Shown piece by piece: positions 41,405-49,029 of a stretch of DNA of 64,000 nt; the first letter of the stretch is position 1; each line of letters opens with the position of its first letter. The translations under genes were made by a program, and so were the position numbers. The notes under the pieces were generated by a model. That model made no database searches and had not been told where the DNA came from. It was given only the letters and a program-made list of their open reading frames with translations. The stretch lies in sequence record LR756501.1; one strand, written 5' to 3'.

Positions 41405-42085
41405 TTAATTTAAAAGTTCTAACTTACCTTTTTGTATATCTTTCCATCTACAAGATTTTCCTGTAATATGGTCAGTTATTATATCATCTTTTATACGATA
41501 AGTTCGTCTTTTATTTCCTCTTCCAAATGTTCCAACTTGATCGTTTCTTCTATCTTCAACTTTATTATAGTGTTTTTCTTCTTCTATTTTTTTAAGTTTT
41601 TCAGATAGCCTTTTATAAGCAAGTTCCTCATTTTTAGCTTGGTACCTTGTCTCTTCACATCTTACCATTATACCTGTTGGTTTATGAGTAAGTACGACAC
41701 ATGAGTGGATTCTATTTACATTTTGTCCACCTTTGCCTCTACTACATGTATAGGTTTTTGATATTTCGTCAAGATTTAAGTTGAAATTTACTTTGTCTTC
41801 TGGGTTCATTATCGCCACTTTGACGATACTTGTTTGAGTTCTACCGTTTCTCTCTGTTGGGGGTACTCTTATGAAGCAGTGTGATCCACTTTCGTTTGCG
41901 TAAAATTTGTTTACGCTATCACCTTCTATTCATATCGAAGCAAAACCGTCTTTGACTTCAACTACTCTTCAATTGAAATTTTGGTTTTTTGCTGATCTGA
42001 TATAAATATCCATAAGATCTACCACTAATAGTTTTGAATCATTACCTCCCTCGGAAGCCATGATTTCGATTTGAATCTTTTTCAT
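41405..42085 (-). CDS. RF1-like peptide chain release factor (domain-1-less) with two in-frame UGA codons (41969-41971, 41930-41932)
   Basis: Single frame MKKIQIEIMASEGGNDSK...NFN*RVVEVKDGFASI*IEGD...ESGSHCFIRVPPTERNGRTQTS...SRGKGGQNVN...RTY; ORF track shows only the last 137 aa. Confidence 0.85.
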
Positions 42086-42110
42086 TTTATTTATTTTTAT
42101 TTTTTATTAA

Positions 42111-42329
42111 TTAATTACAGGCGTTCCAGCCATTTCTATCTAATTTCTTTAACATTTTATAAGTGTTATCATCCACTATATCTAATTCGCTGTAAGTTGT
42201 TTTACTACTAATTACAACAAATCCTTTCTTCTTCTTTGCTCCTGAATGTTCCACACAAGTCTCAGCGTTTGGTAACGCCTTAATTCTGCCTTCTGGAATT
42301 TCTTCACCGCAAACTTTACAATACTTCAT
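42111..42329 (-). CDS. TraR/DksA C4-type zinc finger protein
   Basis: YCKVCGEEIPEGRIKALPNAETCVEH. Confidence 0.8.
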   Translation of the reverse strand: MKYCKVCGEEIPEGRIKALPNAETCVEHSGAKKKKGFVVISSKTTYSELDIVDDNTYKMLKKLDRNGWNACN

Positions 42330-42351
42330 TAATTCAATTATTTATTTTTTG

Positions 42352-42424
42352 AGCCGGTGAGAGGACTTGAACCTCCAACATCTACTTTACGAAAGTAACG
42401 TTCTCCCAATTGAACTACACCGGC
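42352..42424 (-). tRNA. tRNA-Thr(CGT), isolated from the array
   Basis: Full cloverleaf: GCCGGTG/CACCGGC, loop TT-CGT-AA, TTCAAGT. Confidence 0.93.
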
Positions 42425-42431
42425 TTAATTC

Positions 42432-42770
42432 TTAGAAATCAATATTAAGATAATCACCGAACCATCTACTCTTCTTAACCACTTTTATAATTGGTTTCTC
42501 CATCCATTGTTTTCTGTTTTTAGAAACCAATTTCCAGCTTGGGTGACGAACTTTTTTTGGAGATGGTGTCCAAATAGTCAAATTTGGACTTGGTGAATAT
42601 CTCCAGAATTTTAAAGTCCCGTAGGATTTTCTTTCGTCATTTTCTCCTCTGTGATAACCACAACGTGAACAGTGAATCTCACCTTTTTGTTCGAGATAAA
42701 TCTTTCTTGAACGGTTATAGACATATCTGTTATCAGTAATGTCCATTTCTACTTTACATTTGTAACTCAT
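42432..42770 (-). CDS. hypothetical protein
   Basis: 112-aa ORF, CSRCGYHRGEN...PSWKLVSK.RKQW. Confidence 0.6.
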   Translation of the reverse strand: MSYKCKVEMDITDNRYVYNRSRKIYLEQKGEIHCSRCGYHRGENDERKSYGTLKFWRYSPSPNLTIWTPSPKKVRHPSWKLVSKNRKQWMEKPIIKVVKKSRWFGDYLNIDF

Positions 42771-42854
42771 AGGTTTTTCGATTAGTTTTTAATACTTACC
42801 GAAAAACCTCTCCTTTCTTATTCATAACTGTATATATTTTATTTTAAAGTTATA

Positions 42855-43760
42855 TTACATCCATTTCTTAAATTTGAAATACGAAAACATTCCAATTATC
42901 ATAGCTAACATTAAACCACCTAGATACATATAAAATTGATCGTGATCCTGAAAAGGTATTTTAATATTCATACCGTAAAGATTAGCTAAGAACGATATAG
43001 GTAACAAAATTGAAGATACTAAAGCTAAAATCTTCATCACTTCATTCGTCTTATTCACCTGCAAAGAGTCAAATGTTGTGCTGTAACCTTTAATAAGTTC
43101 ACCAGCGTCTTCAACAGTGTCCCATATATTCTGGTAATAGTCATGTATATTACCCCAATAATTTCCCATATCTTCAGCAAATCCTCTAATCGCCCCATTA
43201 GTTAGTTTACTAAAAATAGCCAACTGTGGTTTGAACATTGTATTCATCACAATAACATTTTTTCTAGTAATACTAATATGTTCAATTATCTTTTCAGCTC
43301 TTTTACCAAAGATAGATTTACCACATTTATCAACCTCTTCGTCAATCCTATCAACTAATTGCTGAGTAGCCTTCATAACTTTATCAAGTAAAGTATAGAG
43401 AAGCATATCAGAACTTGTTACTACCATTCTTTTATCAGGTGTTAAGGATTTTTCCTTATCAAATTCTTGAGTAAACAACCAATGTGTTTTACCAATAGTT
43501 ACAAGAAAATTGTTACCCCAAAATATTTTTACCTCTTTAATATCTACTACTGTTCCAGATTTATCTATATACGGAAAATGTAAATTTAAGAAGTAGTAAC
43601 CGTCATATGTATCAACCTTCGGATGAAGACTATTTGTTTTACAGTCTTCCATAGCAAGAGGGTGAAAATTATAAGCGTCTTTTATTTCTGTAAATTCTGC
43701 GTTAGTTGGTTTAACAAGATGTTCCCACGTAACACCGCCATAGTTTATTCTTCCAATCAT
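42855..43760 (-). CDS. corA: CorA family Mg2+/Co2+ transporter
   Basis: FHPLAMED, PKVD.Y, NEVMKIL, LYGMN, two C-terminal TM helices. Confidence 0.92.
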   Translation of the reverse strand: MIGRINYGGVTWEHLVKPTNAEFTEIKDAYNFHPLAMEDCKTNSLHPKVDTYDGYYFLNLHFPYIDKSGTVVDIKEVKIFWGNNFLVTIGKTHWLFTQEFDKEKSLTPDKRMVVTSSDMLLYTLLDKVMKATQQLVDRIDEEVDKCGKSIFGKRAEKIIEHISITRKNVIVMNTMFKPQLAIFSKLTNGAIRGFAEDMGNYWGNIHDYYQNIWDTVEDAGELIKGYSTTFDSLQVNKTNEVMKILALVSSILLPISFLANLYGMNIKIPFQDHDQFYMYLGGLMLAMIIGMFSYFKFKKWM

Positions 43761-43769
43761 ATCTTTTTA

Positions 43770-44306
43770 TTAATGTTTAAGTGGTCTATGATAATTTGGT
43801 GCTGGCGATGGATGATCTTTTTTTATTATTCTATTAACTCCCTCTATAATAAATAAAGTGTTTTTAAATCTATCGTTTCCTGATTCACCGAATGCTGCTA
43901 ATGTAGAATACCATTTATGATTTAATTCATTCGAATATTTAACTAAACATACAATAGTATCGTCTTTTCTAGCTGATGGACACATAGATGAAGCTAATAA
44001 ATAGTCTGGTTCAGGAGTTGGAAAAGATGTGCTTTTAGCTCTTAAATAAAATACAGTTTCTTCACCGTGTCTGCCCTCCAATTTATAGACTTCATTTGTA
44101 ACTAACATCTTCACGTTAATTTCTCTAATGTTTTCATATTTCATCTTATCATGAAAAGCACAAGTGGTCATCATTGTAGAAAACATCAAAAACATGAAAC
44201 TTAACATTATCACAGGAAAGAAATCTCTTCTCTTTTTGGGCACCACAGGAGGAGCGTCGTTCCAATCCTCTTCCCCGTAGGGATCTATAACTTTTTTATT
44301 ATCCAT
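43770..44306 (-). CDS. membrane-anchored hypothetical protein with N-terminal DPYGEEDW motif
   Basis: IDPYGEEDWND then hydrophobic segment. Confidence 0.6.
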   Translation of the reverse strand: MDNKKVIDPYGEEDWNDAPPVVPKKRRDFFPVIMLSFMFLMFSTMMTTCAFHDKMKYENIREINVKMLVTNEVYKLEGRHGEETVFYLRAKSTSFPTPEPDYLLASSMCPSARKDDTIVCLVKYSNELNHKWYSTLAAFGESGNDRFKNTLFIIEGVNRIIKKDHPSPAPNYHRPLKH

Positions 44307-44529
44307 ATATGCTATATCCTTGAATAATATAAACTTTTACTGGTAAAGGGTTTACTTTTTTAGTATTAAACCATCTATTACGACCATTGACCCTATCAAT
44401 CAATAATTGTTTAGTTAAATAAACACCCTTGTAAAATTCAAAAGCTTGTTGTTCAGTTTCAAATTCTGGAACCACATCAACATATTTACTAAGACCTAGA
44501 TATACGTTCTTTATTTTCATTATACTCAA
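44299..44529 (-). CDS. hypothetical protein
   Basis: 76-aa ORF. Confidence 0.5.
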   Translation of the reverse strand: MSIMKIKNVYLGLSKYVDVVPEFETEQQAFEFYKGVYLTKQLLIDRVNGRNRWFNTKKVNPLPVKVYIIQGYSIYG

Positions 44530-44683
44530 TAAACTGCTGTTCCCTAATCTTATATTGAAGTCCTTTCATTTCACTAAGAACTTCTTCCAAATAGTCGAAA
44601 TCCATCGCGTAATGATCACCGATGAATTTCATTTGGAATATCACTTCCTTGCATAAAGCCTCATACCTGTCAAATATATCCAT
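44489..44683 (-). CDS. hypothetical protein
   Basis: 64-aa ORF. Confidence 0.45.
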   Translation of the reverse strand: MDIFDRYEALCKEVIFQMKFIGDHYAMDFDYLEEVLSEMKGLQYKIREQQFIEYNENKERISRS

Positions 44684-45497
44684 AATTTATGTAATTTAGA
44701 AATTTTTGTATTTCTTTTTCTAAATATTCTTTATTCACTTCATTTATTGGATTCTTCCATTTTATCCTATAAACCTTTATTCCAACATCTTCTAACAATT
44801 TATCCCTCACTATGTCCTTTTCTTTTCTATCTTTGTAAGAGTGTTGTTTACCATCAATTTCCAAATCAATTTTCTTATCCTCGAAATAAAAGTCTAAAAA
44901 ATAATTACTTATATCATTTAATCCCAAATCCCTTTTACTTATTACAAAGTTTTGTTTGTATTCCAATTTGTTATTTTTCAATACTTCAATGAAAAACTTT
45001 TCTGGGTATGATATTATATTCCTACTTGTCCAACCTTTATGTGTTCCGTTTCTGACTTTTTCTTTAACATTCAAACTTAGATTTTTTTTCATTCCTAATT
45101 TTGAACAAATATCACTACAATATTCTTGTTGTGATAATTTTCCATTTTCAATTCTTGTAACTATAAAAACATCGCCACACTCTTTACAATTTCTTTTATA
45201 TTCTTTAAGTGCTTTTTTGCCTCCTCTATCTATTCTTTTTAAACTTAAACTTGTTTTTGATTTTTGTTCATCAGTGATTATTCTATTTTTATTATTATAA
45301 GAAGCCGAACAAGAACTAGAACAAAATTTATTTTTTCTTTTATCGTAAGGCAATGAATTATTACAATTCAAACATAAATTGGGGTTATTATTATATTTTT
45401 CAACCCTTTTGTTTTTAATTTCTTGTATTTTTCTATTACCCAATACAGAAGCTTTTTTAGCATTTTCTATATGATATTCAGATCCAATATAATTCAT
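44670..45497 (-). CDS. freestanding endonuclease, DUF559/Vsr-like PD-(D/E)XK with Cys-rich zinc modules (putative homing endonuclease)
   Basis: CLNC...FCSSSC, CKEC...YCSDIC; SYPEK, YFLDF, IDLEIDGKQH, RD..L...G.KV.RI.W. Confidence 0.8.
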   Translation of the reverse strand: MNYIGSEYHIENAKKASVLGNRKIQEIKNKRVEKYNNNPNLCLNCNNSLPYDKRKNKFCSSSCSASYNNKNRIITDEQKSKTSLSLKRIDRGGKKALKEYKRNCKECGDVFIVTRIENGKLSQQEYCSDICSKLGMKKNLSLNVKEKVRNGTHKGWTSRNIISYPEKFFIEVLKNNKLEYKQNFVISKRDLGLNDISNYFLDFYFEDKKIDLEIDGKQHSYKDRKEKDIVRDKLLEDVGIKVYRIKWKNPINEVNKEYLEKEIQKFLNYINYGYI

Positions 45498-45565
45498 ATA
45501 AACTTTTATATTTATATATAAACATAAAAAAGTCAGTTTTTTCTGTTTTGAACCTAAATCCTTGT

Positions 45566-45634
45566 AGCAGATGTCGGACTTGAACCGCTACCCTTGCTCC
45601 CAAAGCAAGTATGTTACCATTACACCACATCCGC
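45566..45634 (-). tRNA. tRNA-Pro(TGG), T-arm one base short
   Basis: GCGGATG/CATCTGC, CTTGC-TT-TGG-GA-GCAAG. Confidence 0.7.
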
Positions 45635-45642
45635 TGTTTTTG

Positions 45643-45715
45643 TGACCCCAGTTGGATTCAAACCAACGACTTTCACTTTAGAAGAGTGACACTCTATTCG
45701 CTGAGTTATGAGGCC
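45643..45715 (-). tRNA. tRNA-Arg(TCT)
   Basis: Full cloverleaf, TCACT-CT-TCT-AA-AGTGA. Confidence 0.92.
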
Positions 45716-45801
45716 GTTATTATTCTATAAATATATATAAATTAAGCGTTACACTATTTCGACAATCATTTGGCTTTTACCCACACACCCCTTTTTGAGT
45801 A

Positions 45802-45868
45802 GGGCGGAGAAAGATTCGGACTTTCATTTCCTTGCTAGTGAGGCAGGCTGGGTTTCCATTATCCAACT
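45802..45868 (-). pseudogene. degenerate tRNA-Val(CAC)-like remnant
   Basis: D, anticodon (CT-CAC-TA) and T arms recognisable; acceptor strands do not pair. Confidence 0.3.
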
Positions 45869-45965
45869 TGATTTAGCGTCATTTCCTTTCTTTAATTTTA
45901 GTTTCTTATTACAAATATACGACAAAGTTTTAATATAAAAAAATCAATTTTGATTTATTATTTTG

Positions 45966-46042
45966 TGACCCAGAGGGGATTCGAACCCATATTTTCATCC
46001 GTTATGCACGTGGAGTTTAGAAGACTCTGCCATTACAGGGCC
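45966..46042 (-). ncRNA. atypical tRNA-Arg(TCT)-like RNA: no D-arm, long variable insert
   Basis: GGCCCTG/CTGGGTC acceptor, GAGT-CT-TCT-AA-ACTC, about 22-nt insert, TTCGAAT T-loop. Confidence 0.6.
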
Positions 46043-46045
46043 ATA

Positions 46046-46115
46046 TACAGAATGCTTTTTTTCTACAAATTACAAGTTTGTTGCTTATTAAAGCTTTTGG
46101 TTGCTGTGAGCATTC
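46046..46115 (-). ncRNA. ACAGCAA-stem element
   Basis: GAATGC-TCACAGCAA...GCATTC-TGTA. Confidence 0.7.
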
Positions 46116-46117
46116 AT

Positions 46118-46202
46118 TGGAGCGGCTAGTGAGAATCGAACTCACATCCTCGGTTTGGAAGACCGACATAATCTGCTTTTGGCTCCATTATACGATAGCC
46201 GC
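46118..46202 (-). tRNA. tRNA-Gly(TCC) with about 12-nt D-loop insertion
   Basis: GCGGCTA/TAGCCGC-T-CCA, TCGGT-CT-TCC-AA-ACCGA. Confidence 0.8.
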
Positions 46203-46323
46203 GTAAGTTGGGCGTTCTCTTTTATCCTTCGTCTGTTGGAGCACTAAGTAAAATCCTAATGGCAACACGTTGATGGGAAGGGCGAGAACATTGATGGTTT
46301 CACCTATTATACCAACCACCCTG

Positions 46324-46422
46324 AGCGAAGAAAAGGATTCGAACCTTTGACTACCCACCAAATTCATCTGCACTTAAACAGTATGGCTGATCATGGCAAT
46401 TTTCCCACTAAACTACCTCCGC
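46324..46422 (-). ncRNA. tRNA-like RNA with 33-nt expanded anticodon loop
   Basis: Acceptor GCGGAGG/TCTTCGC, D and T arms normal, TGCCA/TGGTG enclosing 33 nt. Confidence 0.65.
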
Positions 46423-46430
46423 AATATTTG

Positions 46431-46502
46431 AGCGAATAGTGGGACTCAAACCCACGACCCTTTGCTTGGGAAGCAAATATTCTATCACTGAACTATACTC
46501 GC
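46431..46502 (-). tRNA. tRNA-Gly(CCC)
   Basis: Full cloverleaf, TTTGC-TT-CCC-AA-GCAAA, U73. Confidence 0.92.
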
Positions 46503-46506
46503 AATG

Positions 46507-46578
46507 AGCGAAAGAAGGGAATCGAACCCTCATATCCAGCTTGGAAGGCTGGAGTAATAGCCTTTATACTACTTTCGC
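46507..46578 (-). tRNA. tRNA-Gly(TCC)
   Basis: Full cloverleaf, CCAGC-CT-TCC-AA-GCTGG. Confidence 0.92.
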
Positions 46579-46582
46579 ATTG

Positions 46583-46654
46583 AGCAAGAGATGAGAATCG
46601 AACTCACATCCTCGGCTTGGCAAGCCGACGTACTAACCATTGTACTACTCCTGC
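46583..46654 (-). tRNA. tRNA-Gly(GCC)
   Basis: Full cloverleaf, TCGGC-TT-GCC-AA-GCCGA. Confidence 0.93.
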
Positions 46655-46658
46655 GTGT

Positions 46659-46717
46659 TACAGAATACTTTTTATTCACTTTTTGGAAGAAAGTTTTTTA
46701 TTTGCTGTAAGTATTCT
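46659..46717 (-). ncRNA. ACAGCAA-stem element
   Basis: AGAATAC-TTACAGCAA...GTATTCT-GTAA; perfect 7-bp stem. Confidence 0.7.
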
Positions 46718-46721
46718 TTGT

Positions 46722-46809
46722 TTTCAGATTACTATGTTGTGACGATTTGAACGCCTTAGAACAATTTTCAGTTGTTTTGTTTACCTTTTGGTTTTGCTGT
46801 GAGTAATCT
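46722..46809 (-). ncRNA. ACAGCAA-stem element
   Basis: AGATTAC-TCACAGCAA...GTAATCT-GAAAA; perfect 7-bp stem. Confidence 0.7.
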
Positions 46810-46813
46810 ATTT

Positions 46814-47002
46814 TTACCATTTTAAGTTTGCCGCCTTAAATCTTTTTTCGAAATCAGTAAAAGTGAACCAATTGTTACAATCTATACCGCCTTCTTTTTT
46901 CTTTTTAATATGAACACAAATCGAATTTGACGTCATATCCACGATGGTACATGTACTGCCATCTAAATCTGTAATTATCTGACCTATTCCATAATTTTCC
47001 AT
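46814..47002 (-). CDS. hypothetical protein within the tRNA array
   Basis: 62-aa ORF. Confidence 0.55.
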   Translation of the reverse strand: MENYGIGQIITDLDGSTCTIVDMTSNSICVHIKKKKEGGIDCNNWFTFTDFEKRFKAANLKW

Positions 47003-47021
47003 GACGTCTATTTTTTAATAT

Positions 47022-47237
47022 TTATTTTACTGGTTTATCTGGTAATGGCATCCAATGAGTGATTCCCATATTTGTCCAACCTTTTGTTGGTCCATCTAAA
47101 TTATCACCAAAATATATAGCCACCATAATACCTATTGTAGATGGACTATAAGCCAAAACGTGCTCACAAGTTTTCCAAGTTTTTCCTATTTGTGATTCTG
47201 GTAAAGCCTCTTCTATTGAAATCCATTTTGTTTCCAT
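47022..47237 (-). CDS. DUF551-like phage protein
   Basis: WISIEEALPE...ITHWMPLPDKP. Confidence 0.75.
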   Translation of the reverse strand: METKWISIEEALPESQIGKTWKTCEHVLAYSPSTIGIMVAIYFGDNLDGPTKGWTNMGITHWMPLPDKPVK

Positions 47238-47252
47238 GACTATTAATTTTAG

Positions 47253-47327
47253 TGGAGATGGCCGGGTTCGAACCGGCTACCTTTTGCCTGCCAGGCAAAC
47301 GCTCTCAACCTACTGAGCTACATCCCC
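47253..47327 (-). tRNA. tRNA-Ala(GGC)
   Basis: Full cloverleaf, G3:U70, A73. Confidence 0.93.
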
Positions 47328-47404
47328 ATAGTCCTGCGTGTTACCATTAATCACTACCGACCCCTGAGGGGCCAGGTGGGGATCGAACCCACATCTCAGG
47401 ATTT
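47328..47404 (-). ncRNA. circularly permuted tRNA (3' half before 5' half, break in anticodon loop)
   Basis: AAA-TCCTG-AGAT-GTGGG-TTCGATC-CCCAC-CTGGCCCC-TCA-GGGGTCGG-TA-GTG-ATTAATGGTAA-CAC-G-CAGGA-CTAT. Confidence 0.75.
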
Positions 47405-47479
47405 TGGTGGAAAGAATGAGATTCGAAATCATACCGCCCCAGCATCCACCGGGGTCTTCTAACATTAAACTACCTTCCC
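47405..47479 (-). ncRNA. tRNA-like RNA with non-canonical anticodon loop
   Basis: GGGAAGG/TCTTTCC-A-CCA, CCCCGG-TGGATG-CTGGGG arm. Confidence 0.55.
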
Positions 47480-48355
47480 ATATAAATTCTTCAACTCTAA
47501 TATATCGATGAACTTATTTACTGTTTCTTTATAATATTTACCATGTCTTTCATCGAAATCTTCGATTCTTTTTTCTAATTCTTCTAAGGTTATTGAACAA
47601 TCATCACATTTACTTTGATTATTCCTATTTACAATCAATTCACAATTTGCGGGATGAGCTAATAATAATGGGCTTATTAATCTTCGAAATCCCTCTCTTA
47701 CTGAAAACATGTGATCTCTACTAACACCATTTACATTATTTCCTCTGTTTTTTGCGCTATACCACCCATATTTTTCAACTAATTTAAAATCAAATTCATA
47801 ATCCTTTAATGAAAACTTAAATCCTGATAAATCATGATACATTTTATAATCTGACATATTTTTTAAATAATATTCTTTCTTACATTTTGCATTACAATAT
47901 GTTCTATTTCTAAATTTATATTCTAATATTTCATTACAATTTAAACATTTATTAGGGTTATCATAATATATTGATTTCTCTTTTAAATATAAGTCTTTTT
48001 TATCAAATAAGAAATTCTTATAGGCTGAATCAATTAAAGCATTTCTACCTTCATCAGTTAAATTGTATTTTGTTCCTTTTCTTTTTTTGTTATTAATAAT
48101 AGCTGAGCATTTATGACTACAAAAATTACCATTGTCTTGTATTTTATCGTATGGTATAATACTTTCACAATTTTTACAAATCTTTGGACTAGATAAATAT
48201 ATTACTTCATTCTCATATCTTTTTTGTTTGAATGTTTCTTTTACCTTATCATAATTTCTAATATATTTATTAACATAAATATTTCTACATTTCAATGAAC
48301 AATAAATATTTTTACCATTGGTTTCATTTTCACATTCAAGATTTTTACACTTCAT
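47465..48355 (-). CDS. HNH-like endonuclease with Cys-rich zinc modules (putative homing endonuclease)
   Basis: Three CxxC...(Y/F)CxxxC repeats; SRDHMFSV...HPANCELI...N..K. Confidence 0.75.
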   Translation of the reverse strand: MKCKNLECENETNGKNIYCSLKCRNIYVNKYIRNYDKVKETFKQKRYENEVIYLSSPKICKNCESIIPYDKIQDNGNFCSHKCSAIINNKKRKGTKYNLTDEGRNALIDSAYKNFLFDKKDLYLKEKSIYYDNPNKCLNCNEILEYKFRNRTYCNAKCKKEYYLKNMSDYKMYHDLSGFKFSLKDYEFDFKLVEKYGWYSAKNRGNNVNGVSRDHMFSVREGFRRLISPLLLAHPANCELIVNRNNQSKCDDCSITLEELEKRIEDFDERHGKYYKETVNKFIDILELKNLYGKVV

Positions 48356-48432
48356 TTTTATTTATTTATTTTCTATTATATATCAAATAAATAAAGTGGA
48401 GTTTTTCCATAATGAAACCTGTTTTAAAATAG

Positions 48433-48507
48433 TGGAGCGTGCGATATTCGAAATCGCCTGATATCAACATTGCAAGTGTTGTGACCACCCTAGCAGTCCC
48501 ACGCCCC
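48433..48507 (-). tRNA. tRNA-Ala(TGC)
   Basis: GGGGCGT/ACGCTCC, G3:U70, CAACA-CT-TGC-AA-TGTTG. Confidence 0.88.
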
Positions 48508-48513
48508 ATTGTG

Positions 48514-48588
48514 TGTTCCTCACAGGAATCGAACCTGCAACCTTCTCCACGTCAAGGAGATGCTCTGAGCCAATTGAGCTAAAGGAAC
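48514..48588 (-). tRNA. tRNA-Val(GAC)
   Basis: Full cloverleaf, TCTCC-TT-GAC-GT-GGAGA. Confidence 0.92.
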
Positions 48589-48594
48589 ATTTTG

Positions 48595-48679
48595 TAGGAC
48601 TACCCAGATTCGAACTGGGATTATACTTCGCGTCTCCACTTTGTAGGAGTGGGATGTTTAACCGTTACACCATAGTCCT
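48595..48679 (-). tRNA. tRNA-Val(TAC) with C33 and long variable region
   Basis: AGGACTA/TAGTCCT, CCACT-CC-TAC-AA-AGTGG, 16-nt variable region. Confidence 0.75.
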
Positions 48680-48742
48680 ATATTTGAATTTCTATATATC
48701 CTTCCTGTACGAGGCTTATGAAATTCTAACAGTTTCCCCTTG

Positions 48743-48815
48743 AGCCGAAGGTGGGTAACGATCCCACTACCTTGTCCTTACCAAGGACACGCTCTACCAT
48801 CTGAGCTACTACGGC
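48743..48815 (-). tRNA. tRNA-Thr(GGT)
   Basis: Full cloverleaf, TGTCC-TT-GGT-AA-GGACA. Confidence 0.9.
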
Positions 48816-48818
48816 ATT

Positions 48819-48906
48819 TGGAGCCTGGTGTAGGATTCAAACCTACGAGGGGCCGAAGCCCTCCTGATTACAAGTCAGGTCGAATCGATCACTATCGGAA
48901 CCAGGC
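48819..48906 (-). tRNA. tRNA-Thr(TGT) with long variable arm
   Basis: GCCTGGT/ACCAGGC-T-CCA, CCTGA-CT-TGT-AA-TCAGG, GGGC-TTCG-GCCC arm. Confidence 0.82.
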
Positions 48907-49029
48907 ATACGGTGGGACAACGTTTTATATTTTAAACTACCGGCTCGCAAATTGAGTTTTACTGATTATCTATTTTATCAGGCTCAACCTTTGAGCGGGG
49001 TGGGCGTTTCACCCACATCAAAGCCCCCG

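Noticed and set aside
45802-45868. UGA-suppressor tRNA (a TCA triplet lies in the loop region)
   Set aside because: The stem pairs only in the register giving anticodon CAC, and the acceptor stem is unpaired. No credible suppressor tRNA was found in this window.
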